A DNA stretch of 64,000 nucleotides from Verrucomicrobiota bacterium. Lineage in GTDB: Bacteria; Verrucomicrobiota; Verrucomicrobiia; Opitutales; Cerasicoccaceae. Position numbers and translations under genes: made by a program. The stretch's first letter is position 1. Each line of letters begins with the position of its first letter. The stretch covers positions 544,001-608,000 of the forward strand of contig JBCBUK010000001.1 of assembly GCA_039818205.1 (NCBI GenBank), written 5' to 3'. The notes below the pieces were generated by a model. That model saw nothing but the letters and a program-made list of their open reading frames with translations, was not told the origin of the DNA and did no database searches. Of this stretch, positions 1 to 10,807 are shown in pieces.

Positions 1-529
1 TGAAGAACTCCTGAACATACTTTCGAACAACGAATATCTTACTCCGTTCGCGGTAGTCTGGGGTCAGCTCAGCTCCCAAGGCCTCATAAGGCACCGAGAA
101 AATTGAGTAGACCGAATAAAAAATCATCAGAGCGATGAACAAGTAGAGAGTAACCGCACCGGTCGACCAACTATCAGGGACCATCCAGATAACCGGAAAA
201 AGCAACCCGGTTAAGATAGCTCCCACAAAGATAAAGGGTTTACGTCGACCGAAGCGGCTTTTACAGCCGTCCGATAATCGACCGGCCAATGGATCCGTTA
301 CCGCATCCCAGAGGCGCGCGGCACCCAGAGCCAAGCCCACCATCGTCGCACCTAAGCCGAGGAAATCGACAAAGAAGGGCGTCATAAAAATCCAGGCCAA
401 ACACACGTTGGCGTAGTGGTCGGAGACGACGCCCATGGAATAGGCGATCTTCTCTCCGAGCGGCACCTTATCTTCTGGCCGCGTCTTATCCAAGTCGGGG
501 ACAGCGTTCGCTTGATTTGATTCAGACAT
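1..529 (-). CDS. GPH-family (MelB-like) MFS sugar:cation symporter, 3'-truncated by the window edge
   Basis: Not in the ORF track; translated manually from ATG at 529: MSESNQ...[13 protein letters not shown]...[30 protein letters not shown]...[20 protein letters not shown]. These are GPH-family motifs (DAxTDP, SD..xSRFGRRxP, ELTxDYxER). Starts 3 nt after the GH50 stop codon. Confidence 0.9.
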   Translation of the reverse strand, partial: MSESNQANAVPDLDKTRPEDKVPLGEKIAYSMGVVSDHYANVCLAWIFMTPFFVDFLGLGATMVGLALGAARLWDAVTDPLAGRLSDGCKSRFGRRKPFIFVGAILTGLLFPVIWMVPDSWSTGAVTLYLFIALMIFYSVYSIFSVPYEALGAELTPDYRERSKIFVVRKYVQEFF

Positions 530-532
530 TTT

Positions 533-2596
533 TTAGTTCGGGTAGTTGGTTCGATACTCATACATGTTGTCCGCGACGTTGCGAATCGCTTGGACCATGT
601 AGGGGTAAGGTGTGTCACAAATATCGACTAAGCCAACATTATAGTTTTCCCCGTCACCGCGACCTGCGATGTGTTCATCCACAAACTGAAACCAATGGGC
701 GCCGACGACCTGCGGATTCTCCAATCCACTGCGTATGTAGTCCGCATAGAGCTCGCCCCGCGCCTTCTGGCTACCCGCATCGATCAATCCGGGGTGAAAA
801 TGCCCCCAATCTGTCGCCCCGAAATGATACTCTCCAATGATGATTGGGCGGTCAACAAAGTCAGGCAAATGTAAGTCGCGAATGCTGTGTTTATACTGAT
901 TGTAGCTCACAACGTCGCAGTAGATCGCCGAGGCATGAGCGGCCAGATTGTTTACCCAGGCAAAACGACATCCCAAATATAAATGATCGGGTGCATGCTG
1001 ATCCAATTCCTCTTTGACCGTCCGAAAATAAGTGTTGGCCGTCTTCGCAGTGAAGGCACGCAGATCCTCTCGAGCTCTGATCAAATCTGGGGATTCGCGT
1101 GACTCCAATAAGGCATTCCAAGACGCGTAATCACTTCCCCAGGCTAGATTCAGACTACGAATTTTGTCATATTTGATCCGCAAATCCTGAACAAACTGCA
1201 GTTTCGCGGGTTGATCCGGCGGACAAGAAAGAGTCTCCAAGGCCAAGGAGGTCTCATCACCCCATGAGAGTTCGTTATCGATAAAAAAACCGATGCACCA
1301 CGGATCTTTGGCTTCCTTCGACAGGCCACCTAAACCGCGCTTAATTGACTTCCGAAAGGAAGGATCAAAGACATCATGAAACTTCCCCCAGTAGCCACGC
1401 GAGCCATCCAGCGGACGATTTCCGACAACAAAGATACTCGCGACGTATGGGGTCTTCTGCTTAAGATAGACTTTCGGAGATCCCCAGTTTGCAACGGTAT
1501 TCATGCCCCAGCTTTTGAGCCGACTGTGCACCGATTCGGCAAACGCCTCTTCCCACTCGGGACCGTATTTTCGATGCAAATTTGCTTTGTAAGTTTTGAA
1601 CTGAGTGTAAGGAAGCTTGTCGACATAGAATCCATGTGGCGCCCAATCGGAATCTCCGTAGAATTGAGCTAATGGGCTATCCGCCCCCGGCAAGTCTTCA
1701 AAGTATTCCCCCCGGTCGCTGACACCCGTATAGCCAAATTCGGGCGACACACAGGTCGGACCGTTGGACCAAAACAGGTAACCTTCAGGATCCACAAACC
1801 ACCACATGCCGTCGACCTTCTCGACCCGAAAAAATCCGGTCGCCTCAAGCTTCGGGCCATTTGCCCATCCACCAAACTTACTCAGACCGGCTGGTCCCGG
1901 ATTTTTTTTCCAGTCTTTCTCTTCAGCTGCGCGAGCCGTCTTTAAGTCGTCATCATTGTGAATCTTTGTTGGCCAGTCTCCGTGCTTAAACTGGCCGTAT
2001 CGATCGACGAACGGAACGAAAGTATCGGCATCAACTTCTACCACATCACCCGCTGCACGGATGTTTTCAATCTTGAAGGTAAGCGGCCCATGCCTCTGAC
2101 GACCGAACACTTGGATGCGGTCTACCTGCGCGGGATCAACTAGTTGCTGGCTGGGCGAACGCCTCATACCATGTAGCTCGAGCGGCTCAGAAAACGCCCA
2201 ATTTCTTACCCGTAGGGGAACCGACATCGTTCGGGTCTCACCTGGAGAAAACAGCTCGAAGCCCTGGATCTGCGGCGTGTCTTGCTGCTTACCTTTTGGG
2301 TTGTTCATGAGCACCCCAATTTGCGAGGCCTGGCTGCTCAGGTTGGTAATATCGACTTTAACCAACGAATAATCGCTTAGATCCCATGGCTCCTCGCCCG
2401 CCAAAAAACTAATATTTGGCCACTCTTCTTCGGTGCCCGTCTGAACAATTATCGAGCCATCGGATTGTTCCAAAATGGAACAATCAAAGAACTCAATATC
2501 GGCGTGAAGGGTATCATTTGAAAGCGAAACCAAAGGCTCCGCCACTCCAACGCTAGCACCAACGAAGAAGGACAAAAAGGGTAACAAGGATTTCAC
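533..2596 (-). CDS. beta-agarase, GH50-like, with N-terminal CBM-like domain and signal peptide
   Basis: Motifs [68 protein letters not shown] and [15 protein letters not shown] match GH50. Hydrophobic N-terminus. Confidence 0.88.
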   Translation of the reverse strand: MKSLLPFLSFFVGASVGVAEPLVSLSNDTLHADIEFFDCSILEQSDGSIIVQTGTEEEWPNISFLAGEEPWDLSDYSLVKVDITNLSSQASQIGVLMNNPKGKQQDTPQIQGFELFSPGETRTMSVPLRVRNWAFSEPLELHGMRRSPSQQLVDPAQVDRIQVFGRQRHGPLTFKIENIRAAGDVVEVDADTFVPFVDRYGQFKHGDWPTKIHNDDDLKTARAAEEKDWKKNPGPAGLSKFGGWANGPKLEATGFFRVEKVDGMWWFVDPEGYLFWSNGPTCVSPEFGYTGVSDRGEYFEDLPGADSPLAQFYGDSDWAPHGFYVDKLPYTQFKTYKANLHRKYGPEWEEAFAESVHSRLKSWGMNTVANWGSPKVYLKQKTPYVASIFVVGNRPLDGSRGYWGKFHDVFDPSFRKSIKRGLGGLSKEAKDPWCIGFFIDNELSWGDETSLALETLSCPPDQPAKLQFVQDLRIKYDKIRSLNLAWGSDYASWNALLESRESPDLIRAREDLRAFTAKTANTYFRTVKEELDQHAPDHLYLGCRFAWVNNLAAHASAIYCDVVSYNQYKHSIRDLHLPDFVDRPIIIGEYHFGATDWGHFHPGLIDAGSQKARGELYADYIRSGLENPQVVGAHWFQFVDEHIAGRGDGENYNVGLVDICDTPYPYMVQAIRNVADNMYEYRTNYPN

Positions 2597-5058
2597 TGAA
2601 CATTTTCCTCCATTGCTTGCTGTTGCAATTCGCCAGCCGAAGCGTGTCCATTTAATAAGGGGTTTTTGTTAACGACTAAAGCGGTATTCTCAATTCCCGG
2701 AGACATGGCAGCGATAGAAAAGCCATTATCTTTTGATAGAACAACCAGACAACGGCCTTGCGAGGTTGTGATCCGGTTAGACTGGAAATCTTGAGTGCTG
2801 GTAGGCAAACCATTGTCGACCCCCAATATGCGAGCATCGCCGGTAACGTTGAACATAATTTCCCGCTCATCGTGCTTCACAGGAATGCCATTTTCATCCA
2901 CCAACTGAGCAATCACATGAAGTCCGTCGACCTGCATATCAATGTTAGCGGGAGCGCCTGCGGTGACCAGGGAATCAGAACTGTTCGCCGCACGTGCTTC
3001 CAATGTCCCCTCAACAAACGGCACCGCCCACTTGAATATGCGATCGTCAAAGTCGCTGAGTTTCTTAATTCCGAGCGATTCGCCATTCAGGAACAGTTCG
3101 ATCTCGTGCAAATTCGAATACACCTCAACCGCAATCAATTCGCCCTCAGAGTAGTTCCAATGAGTGTTCACATCATGCCAAATCCATACCTTCTTTTGCC
3201 AAGCCTCGGGATCATCTTCTCCAATAAATCCGGTACCGTCATCATAGGTGTAAGGCGATTTTTCGAGTAGCTGTGTTGTAAGATGCACGTGGGGCTCATC
3301 GCTCCACAGTGTTTTCATCATATGATACGAGGGCTCTTCGAAACCGGCAGTATCCAACATTCCGCTATCATTGGACCGCTTTGGCCAAAGGCCGTTCGAT
3401 TCGCCCAGATAGTCGATCCCGGTCCACAGGAATGTTCCCGCAACGAAGGGACGCTCCTCGATAGCCTTCCACTCATGCCATTGCGCAACGTTTTCGGTGC
3501 CCATGATTGGCAAATCAGGAAAGTGCTCAAATCCATAGTCGTAAATGACCCGACGATAGCTGAAGCCAATCACATCAAGAGCATCGGCATATCCTGATTG
3601 ATAACTGGACGATGGGAGGATGCAGTTAGCAATCACCGGACGGGTCTGATCGACCTCCTTCACCCATTTGGAAAGCTTCTGTGCCGTCTCGCCGATGTCG
3701 TATTCGCCACGAGGCAATTCATCCAGTAGACGCTTGATCTCATCAATCGAATGAGGCGGCTGTTGCCAAAAGTAATTGCCGGTCCAATCAGCATTGAAGA
3801 ATCCGGTCGCCTCAGCATTCCGCGGATAGGTCCATTCTATCTCGTTGCCAATACTCCACTGAAAAATACTCGGATGATTGCGGTGCGCATACATAACATT
3901 TTTCAGGTCACGCTCGGCCCATTCCTGAAAATGCTCCGTGTACCCGCGGGTAATGTAATCAACCCCCTCCTCATTCATGTTCTTGCGCTTGTCCTTCGGA
4001 TTGTCCCATTCGTCGAAGAACTCATCCTGAACCAGCAATCCCATCTCATCGCAGAGTCTAAGAAAAGCTTCCGATCCGGGATTGTGCGATATACGAACCG
4101 CATTAACTCCGGCTACTTTAAGTTTCTCAAATCGTCGGCGCCAAACATCGTCCGGTACCGCTGCACCGACGCATCCACCATCATGGTGCAAACAAACGCC
4201 TTTAATTGGAACCCGGCGTCCGTTGAGGAAAAAGCCCGTTTTGCTATCGAAATGAAAGGTACGGATACCGAACGTCGTGTGGTAAACGTCGACGACTTTG
4301 CCGCCCAAGATCAACTGGGTTTCTGCCTGATATAGCTTTGGTGAATCGATGTCCCAAAGCTCCGGACTTGCAACTTGGATCGTCTGTACGATCTGATCGG
4401 ACTGCTGGCTCGTGCACTCGGCAACTGCCGTTCCCGATGGACCATGAATAACGGTGCGAACCTCCCCACCCTCGACAGAATTGAGGACACTCAGCTCAAG
4501 CTGTATGCTGGCGGATTCTGCCGTAACCTCTGGCGTAGTAACAAAGGTGCCCCAAACCGGGATGTGCGTTCTCGCGGCACCAATCAGCTCGACCTCACGG
4601 TAAATACCCGATCCTGTATACCATCGGCTATCGCAGTATCGGGAGTGATCAACCCGAACCGCGATCACGTTCTCGCCAGGCCGAACGTTGTCCGAGATGT
4701 CATAGTAAAAAGGTGAATAGCCGTAGGGATGCTCGCCTAACCGCTCTCCGTTCAGATAGACGATTGCGTTGTTATAGACACCATCGAAGTGCAAGTAACT
4801 CGTCTCAGTCCCAAGCGATTGAAAGGTTTTCCGATACCAACCGATACCACCTGGCAAATAGCCAGTCGCGCCTTCCAAGTCTTCGCTGAACGATGATTCA
4901 ACGCTCCAATCATGGGGGACATCGACGACCCGCCATTTGGAGTCGTCGAAATCGTTCTCGATCGCGTCGGCGACATCGCCCAAGAAGAATCTCCACCCCT
5001 GCAACAGAGGGACTATCGTTCGTGTATTCTGTTCTGTGGTCACGTTCAATTGGCTCAT
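2593..5058 (-). CDS. GH2 beta-galactosidase
   Basis: [57 protein letters not shown]. No obvious signal peptide. 4-bp overlap with the GH50 gene. Confidence 0.92.
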   Translation of the reverse strand: MSQLNVTTEQNTRTIVPLLQGWRFFLGDVADAIENDFDDSKWRVVDVPHDWSVESSFSEDLEGATGYLPGGIGWYRKTFQSLGTETSYLHFDGVYNNAIVYLNGERLGEHPYGYSPFYYDISDNVRPGENVIAVRVDHSRYCDSRWYTGSGIYREVELIGAARTHIPVWGTFVTTPEVTAESASIQLELSVLNSVEGGEVRTVIHGPSGTAVAECTSQQSDQIVQTIQVASPELWDIDSPKLYQAETQLILGGKVVDVYHTTFGIRTFHFDSKTGFFLNGRRVPIKGVCLHHDGGCVGAAVPDDVWRRRFEKLKVAGVNAVRISHNPGSEAFLRLCDEMGLLVQDEFFDEWDNPKDKRKNMNEEGVDYITRGYTEHFQEWAERDLKNVMYAHRNHPSIFQWSIGNEIEWTYPRNAEATGFFNADWTGNYFWQQPPHSIDEIKRLLDELPRGEYDIGETAQKLSKWVKEVDQTRPVIANCILPSSSYQSGYADALDVIGFSYRRVIYDYGFEHFPDLPIMGTENVAQWHEWKAIEERPFVAGTFLWTGIDYLGESNGLWPKRSNDSGMLDTAGFEEPSYHMMKTLWSDEPHVHLTTQLLEKSPYTYDDGTGFIGEDDPEAWQKKVWIWHDVNTHWNYSEGELIAVEVYSNLHEIELFLNGESLGIKKLSDFDDRIFKWAVPFVEGTLEARAANSSDSLVTAGAPANIDMQVDGLHVIAQLVDENGIPVKHDEREIMFNVTGDARILGVDNGLPTSTQDFQSNRITTSQGRCLVVLSKDNGFSIAAMSPGIENTALVVNKNPLLNGHASAGELQQQAMEENVQ

Positions 5059-5062
5059 TTAA

Positions 5063-6775
5063 TCAAAAGGGGTCTCGAGGGCGAACTCTCACGATCTCGG
5101 CATAGTCAACGATCCCACTCGCGTCCTTCCATTGATCGCACATCTGCGCAAGCTGCTGCACGATTTCAGGATGCTGTTTAGCGACGTTTTTCGTCTCACC
5201 GGGGTCCGATTCAAGATCATACAATTCGTAAGCAATGCCTGGCTTAGCGCTGGTTTGAAGATACCAGCCCGGCTCCATTAAGAGCTTCCAACGTCCTTTG
5301 TAGATGACACTTTGCTGCCCCTTGTCGTTGAAAAACAATGCCTCGTGTGGATCAATGCTGCCTCCTTTCAGAGCCGCCAAAACATCGCGGCCATCAAGGG
5401 GCAAGGTGGATGCTCCACGAAACTCCTGCGGATAGTCTGCCTGGGCAACCCCAAGGAGCGTAGGCATCAGATCACCAACCCACACCTGACTATTGTCAAT
5501 CGAGTCATTCGGGATTTTCCCAGGCCAGGAGGCGATGAAATGGGCTTTCGTCCCGCCTTCCCAAAGTAGCGCTTTCGTCCCGTGGTAAGGCGTATTCATG
5601 AAGCCCTGGATATGGCTAGCCGCACCGTTGTCCGAGAAATAGATGACCAAGGTATCATCCAAGACACCGGTATCTTCTAAAGCACCGAGGATTCGCCCGA
5701 CATTGACGTCTAGGTTATCCATCATCGCCGAATGAATCGCAAGCTGTAGGCGAAAATCATCTTCCTCCGGAGGAATCCAGGTATCTTTGCTTCCGGCCTT
5801 CTTGGGATACATCCCCATGCTCACAAGGTTGTCTACCCGCTGCTTTTCAACAGCTCGCAAGTGTTGATACCGTGGCAGGTATTTCTGAACCAACTCTTCC
5901 GGAGCCTGCAGCGGAAGGTGCGGAGCTCGGTAGGCGACATACAAGAAGAACGGAGGTTTATCAGGCCCGGTTGCGTCCTCGATCATTTCAATCGCCCGAT
6001 CGGTTACGCCATCCGTGTCAAAGAACGCCTTACCAGTTTTCCCGTGATGCTTTCCGTAATGCTTGTTCGGCTTCTTCGTATAGCAATGCATCGTATATTC
6101 GCGATCAAACCATAGGTCTGCGCGCTCGTTGCCCTCCATGTACGGATGGTATTTTTCATCTGGCGTAATAAAGAAATTATCCTGAGCCCCGTAGATTCCG
6201 AAATAGTCATCAAATCCGCGCTGGCTCGGCAGCGCGAGGAAATCAGCCTCCATCTCCTCATCAGTAAGGTCCCAGCCAACGTGCGACTTCTTCCACTGCT
6301 CCTGGCTATTCTTGGAAAACTTCATGGTGCTACCACCCAGGTGCCACTTGCCGGACATCATGGTTCGGTAGCCCGCGTCTTTCAGCAATTCCGGAAGCAC
6401 GGGCGTCTCGTAAGGCAAACGACCCCGATGGGCCGGGAACGGCATTTCACGAGACCAATCCCCCAGGGAACCACCGCCAAAACCGACGCGCGCGCCTTCC
6501 AGGCCCGTCATAAGCGATGCCCGAGTCGGGCTACACCGTCCATTGGTGTAAAAGTTAGTCAGCCGAACCCCTTTAGACGCCAACCGATCGAGGTTCGGTG
6601 TGTCAATCTCCCCGCCAAAGCAGCCTAAATCTGAGTAACCAGCGTCATCGGATAGAATAACCACGATGTTTGGTTGCTTTGCGCCGTGAGCGTTAACCGA
6701 GAATAAACCGATGGCCAACAACCAACTCGAGACCAAGGTTTTCTTCAGGGGTTTGATGAATTGTTTCTGTATCAT
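5063..6775 (-). CDS. arylsulfatase (S1 family, Cys-type), exported
   Basis: [21 protein letters not shown] (CxPxR), GKWHLG, SDNG. Signal peptide if started at ATG 6775; the ORF track extends to 6799. Confidence 0.92.
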   Translation of the reverse strand: MIQKQFIKPLKKTLVSSWLLAIGLFSVNAHGAKQPNIVVILSDDAGYSDLGCFGGEIDTPNLDRLASKGVRLTNFYTNGRCSPTRASLMTGLEGARVGFGGGSLGDWSREMPFPAHRGRLPYETPVLPELLKDAGYRTMMSGKWHLGGSTMKFSKNSQEQWKKSHVGWDLTDEEMEADFLALPSQRGFDDYFGIYGAQDNFFITPDEKYHPYMEGNERADLWFDREYTMHCYTKKPNKHYGKHHGKTGKAFFDTDGVTDRAIEMIEDATGPDKPPFFLYVAYRAPHLPLQAPEELVQKYLPRYQHLRAVEKQRVDNLVSMGMYPKKAGSKDTWIPPEEDDFRLQLAIHSAMMDNLDVNVGRILGALEDTGVLDDTLVIYFSDNGAASHIQGFMNTPYHGTKALLWEGGTKAHFIASWPGKIPNDSIDNSQVWVGDLMPTLLGVAQADYPQEFRGASTLPLDGRDVLAALKGGSIDPHEALFFNDKGQQSVIYKGRWKLLMEPGWYLQTSAKPGIAYELYDLESDPGETKNVAKQHPEIVQQLAQMCDQWKDASGIVDYAEIVRVRPRDPF

Positions 6776-7024
6776 GTATCTAAGCGTGGGTTTCTCCAAA
6801 ACTCATCAAACTCTATGGTCGCTTGAGATGAGGATCAGGACAAGCATGAAAACTTGTGTTTTTTGGTATTTTTTGAAATTCATCCAACCATCCTAACATC
6901 GAAACATAAATGCGGAATAGATTCTTTTATATAAAAGGATATATTGAATATCTAATCGACCAATTAGACCAAATACAAACCGATCGACCCCCATTTTATT
7001 TGCATTATTTGGTCATATTTGCCG

Positions 7025-7062
7025 AAAAAACAAAAAGCGCCCACTCAAGAGAGTGGACGCCT
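7025..7062 (-). terminator. intrinsic terminator of the PEP-CTERM gene
   Basis: Minus strand GGCGTCCACTC-TCTT-GAGTGGGCGCT followed by TTTTGTTTTTT. Confidence 0.8.
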
Positions 7063-7098
7063 TAGTTGATTAAATTTCAGTTACCTTAGTCGGCCAGA

Positions 7099-7893
7099 CT
7101 AGGCACGGCGGCGACGCAGAAATGCAATCCCGAGAACGGCAACCCCAGCAACCATAGCATAAGTGCTTGGCTCAGGAACCGTGATCGAATTGACCTGCAT
7201 GCTAGTAATGCCTGACGCATTGTTAGACATACCGATTGACTGAAAGTATACGAAAGCACCTGCGCCGGTCAGGGCATCATAAATCCCTTGATCAACGCCA
7301 GTAACCGTGCCCACACCAGTTCCCATTCCGTCAGTGATGTTGGTCAACTCAACCGTATAGAAGGTATTTGCGGCATCCGCACCCAAGGTAAGGGTGTAAT
7401 CATACTGAAAAACATCGTCAGTGTTGAAGCCAGTGGGACTGGAAATTCCCGGAATCGTACCGAAGTCCTTGAGCAAACGATACTGGTCGCTACCGCTGAA
7501 GATCTGAATATTCGAATCGGCATTGGTGTTTGCAACACCAACTGAGGTCGCCGCATTGCTTGCCGACAAACCACTCGTCATGATGTAGGTAAACGAAGTT
7601 GGTGCCGCAAAAGTGCCACCAAACTGAAAGTTCATCGTATAGGAAAACGACTCTCCAGAACCTAACGTAATCGGTGCGTTCCAAACCGCGATTTCAGCGT
7701 TATTGGTCGTAATGGCATTACCCGTACCTGCGGCATCGGCAACATTCCAACCAGCCTCAGCAACAAAGGACTGTTGGCCATTCAACGCGCCGTCGGAGTA
7801 GTCGGGAGAAGTGAATTCAATCAATTGAGCATTCAAGCTCGAGGCAACCGCAAGCGATGCGGCGATAGCGGAGATCTGTAACGAGGTCTTCAT
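7099..7893 (-). CDS. PEP-CTERM sorting-domain surface protein
   Basis: Signal peptide MKTSLQISAIAASLAVASSLNA. C-terminus VPEPSTYAMVAGVAVLGIAFLRRRRA. Start taken at ATG 7893 rather than 7965. Confidence 0.92.
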   Translation of the reverse strand: MKTSLQISAIAASLAVASSLNAQLIEFTSPDYSDGALNGQQSFVAEAGWNVADAAGTGNAITTNNAEIAVWNAPITLGSGESFSYTMNFQFGGTFAAPTSFTYIMTSGLSASNAATSVGVANTNADSNIQIFSGSDQYRLLKDFGTIPGISSPTGFNTDDVFQYDYTLTLGADAANTFYTVELTNITDGMGTGVGTVTGVDQGIYDALTGAGAFVYFQSIGMSNNASGITSMQVNSITVPEPSTYAMVAGVAVLGIAFLRRRRA

Positions 7894-8075
7894 AGTGTTT
7901 AATTTATGATGGGGATAGAGTTTGAGGGTTAAGAGGATTACTGGCGAAAGAATGACCGCAAACACCCAGACCAGTCAATACCAATTTCTACAAATTAAAC
8001 GCCCCCAATCCCCTTGAAACGACATTTACTCGTGTATAGTCGTCCAAACAATACATTTGCATGGTATTTTTAGGT

Positions 8076-8104
8076 AAAAAAAAGCACCCCAATAGTGAGG
8101 TGCT
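8076..8104 (-). terminator. intrinsic terminator of the AraC gene
   Basis: Minus strand AGCACCTCA-CTAT-TGGGGTGCT followed by a T run. Confidence 0.75.
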
Positions 8105-8127
8105 AAATCATTGATATGCGCTACAGC

Positions 8128-8970
8128 TTAATCCGAAACTGAATTCAACACATTCAGTCGATACTCCTTAGGTGTAATTCCCATGACAGACTTAAAGAGC
8201 TTGGAAAAATGAAAACCATCGCAGCACCCGAATTGCTCGGCGAGCTCATCATTGGAAAGTGCTGAACGGGTCATCAGGCGCCCTGCCTGTCGCATGAGTG
8301 CTGTCCTTCGGAAGCGTGCCGGCGAAATGCCGTAATGCTTACTAAAAGCCTTTCTCCAGGTCTCATAGCTACAGCCGCACTCACTCGCAATCAACTCCCA
8401 GTCGGGCTGATTATCTGGCGGCCAGGACTGCAGGTGCTGTTTACTCGCTTCGAGGCGCTCTTCAAAGCTGCGGTCCATATGCCCAGCCGATACAACCTGG
8501 TTGATCAGGAGGTGAATCTCAGAAAGCACCGAAACGGCCTCGTAATGATTCCGGGGACGGCTCTGCGCAATACGCAACCAGCGAGGCGCCCAAAGCTCGA
8601 CGTTGCCGAGGTGAAAAATATGGCGCCCTTTCAGCTGACCACTCTCTACCCACTGATCAAAGGGTTTTCCCTTAAAGCAAAGATATACCTCAGCCCACGT
8701 ACCGCCAGGGTCGCAACCATACTGATGCGTGTATCCTGGCTCAACCAAGATACAGTCGCCCTTCTTCACCTCATGCTCAGCCCCTTGCGAATCGACGTAC
8801 CGACCGCCGCCTTCCAACAACAATGCAAAGGAAAAGAAGTCCAAGGCACGCCAGTGTCTCAATCCCCAGTTTTCATCAGTTACATAGATTCCACCATAGA
8901 TGAGCGTCCCCAATGGTGTCGGCGTATCAATCCAGTGATAGATTTCAGGATCTTTAGGCAATTCAATCAT
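8128..8970 (-). CDS. AraC/XylS-family transcriptional regulator (cupin-type N domain)
   Basis: N-terminal LLLEGGG...[15 protein letters not shown]-terminal double HTH ending [29 protein letters not shown]. Confidence 0.92.
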   Translation of the reverse strand: MIELPKDPEIYHWIDTPTPLGTLIYGGIYVTDENWGLRHWRALDFFSFALLLEGGGRYVDSQGAEHEVKKGDCILVEPGYTHQYGCDPGGTWAEVYLCFKGKPFDQWVESGQLKGRHIFHLGNVELWAPRWLRIAQSRPRNHYEAVSVLSEIHLLINQVVSAGHMDRSFEERLEASKQHLQSWPPDNQPDWELIASECGCSYETWRKAFSKHYGISPARFRRTALMRQAGRLMTRSALSNDELAEQFGCCDGFHFSKLFKSVMGITPKEYRLNVLNSVSD

Positions 8971-9363
8971 ACCAAAAACTTCATGTTACATTCCAATTTA
9001 TCCATAGTAAAGACACAATGCTCAAGATCGACCCCGAAATGGCAGCATGATGCAATTAGTGGCGCAGTTGATCACAACAGTGAAAAATGCGCGAAATTGA
9101 CAGTTCCATTCGGATAATGACTGGAGTCGCAAAATCAATCTGACGGAATTTGCCAATAAATCCAGAAAAATTGAACCGACAATCGCAACCCCCTCATTTT
9201 TAATGGGTTGTTGGTAAACAAATTACTGCCAGAGCCAATCTCGCGGCGGCAATAATAGGACCAAAACCAACATCGGGACATTTGCCAATTACATCAATGC
9301 GCAAAATCCCCCTACATTCGCGTCGCAGGCAAGCTGCCACGACAACCACCGACTCAGGCCAAA

Positions 9364-10797
9364 TTATACCGGCTGCTTTGTGAATCCGATCGGACGCGGG
9401 TTCGAAGTAATATTCGTAAAGTTCGATAGATTCGGCAACACATAGGACATATCGGAAGCAGACACACCAAACCAGCACGCCATTTCCGCAAAAAACTCAT
9501 CGATCGAAGTCGTTGGGAGTATTCGGCCACCCAAGCCCACGTCGTCTGCACCATCAAGTGCCAGACTCGGAAAAGTCCCATAGACTCTGCCCCCATCAAT
9601 TGGGCCACCCCAAGCCATCTGCACTCCACCCCACGCATGGTCAGTTCCTCGACCATTGGATCGCAAGGTCCGGCCAAAATCTGAAGCGGTGTAGGTGATT
9701 ACCTCGTCAGCAACGCCAAAATGCTCCAATGCTTGCTGATAGGCGGAGATTGTTTCGGATAGCTCGTCGAGCATACCGGCTTGCGTGTTCAGCAGCTCGC
9801 CATGATGGTCCCAACCGCCTCGAGTGACATAGATCGTATTGCGACGGAGCCCGAGATCGGCCCGAGCAGCAACCGTTTTCGCAGCAGCCCGCATATCCTG
9901 CCCAAACTTGGAACTCGGAAAAAGACCTGCGACTGCTGAGTCATCGATCGCATCATAGTGACTTTTGAAAATTTCCTGAGCCTCACGACTCTCAGTCATA
10001 TGATTGGCCAGAGCGTCCTGCATCAGATTATTATAGGTCTGAGCAAGCAGATTTTCCATCGCGTAATTCTTCCGTCCTGTCTGAGAATTCAGATTCGGAC
10101 TGTTGCCCGTAGGCAGCAACGCACCGGCATTAGTAATCGAAAACTGTGCAGTATTGTTACCAATCTGATAAACATTGTTGCCCGCCAGCGAAATACTCAT
10201 CGCAGTCGACCCCGTGTTCAAGGTCGAGTGCAACACGTCAGCCATTCGCCCCGCCCATCCGGTCAGTTCGGTCATCCCCTGGGGAACGGACGTCTGCCAG
10301 TGGTAAATCTGGTCGATGTGGGAAAATAGAGCCTTCGGAATGGTCGATCCACCAGCAAGGTATTGCGCAAGGGTCGTTGGCTCAATCAGCGTACCAATGT
10401 TGGCTATGAATGCCAGGCGACGCTTTCCACTAAAGGGACCTGTGCCGTTAAACATTTGCGCCAGCTCGGGACATGATGGATGCAACCCGTAAAGGTTACC
10501 ATCATTTCCAGAATCCTGATCCAAACCAATCAGGTCTCCCTGGCTTAATGCCATGCTGGTTCGCGCCGCACTGTATTCATTGTAACCAGCATCACGGCGC
10601 ACCAGGACATTGAAGCTGTCGCAACCACCGGCGAGCATAATGCAGACCAGCGACTTGCGGTCGTCGCCGGTTGGCAAATTCGCTGCCGCAGCGTTATTCG
10701 CTAACTTTAGATTCAACAGCAGCGACATGATCGACGTTGAGCCGACCGCCGCACAACTCATTTCACCAAGGAACTGTCTTCTAGATAGATTTTTCAT
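9364..10797 (-). CDS. DUF1501 domain protein with Tat-like signal
   Basis: SRRQFL twin-arginine motif. LVCIMLAGGCDSFN, GLHP, LFSH, GWAGR, GGWDHH, SDFGRTL.SNG.GTDHAWGG are typical of DUF1501. Directly downstream of the DUF1800 gene. Confidence 0.88.
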   Translation of the reverse strand: MKNLSRRQFLGEMSCAAVGSTSIMSLLLNLKLANNAAAANLPTGDDRKSLVCIMLAGGCDSFNVLVRRDAGYNEYSAARTSMALSQGDLIGLDQDSGNDGNLYGLHPSCPELAQMFNGTGPFSGKRRLAFIANIGTLIEPTTLAQYLAGGSTIPKALFSHIDQIYHWQTSVPQGMTELTGWAGRMADVLHSTLNTGSTAMSISLAGNNVYQIGNNTAQFSITNAGALLPTGNSPNLNSQTGRKNYAMENLLAQTYNNLMQDALANHMTESREAQEIFKSHYDAIDDSAVAGLFPSSKFGQDMRAAAKTVAARADLGLRRNTIYVTRGGWDHHGELLNTQAGMLDELSETISAYQQALEHFGVADEVITYTASDFGRTLRSNGRGTDHAWGGVQMAWGGPIDGGRVYGTFPSLALDGADDVGLGGRILPTTSIDEFFAEMACWFGVSASDMSYVLPNLSNFTNITSNPRPIGFTKQPV

Positions 10798-10807
10798 AAC
10801 CGGATCC

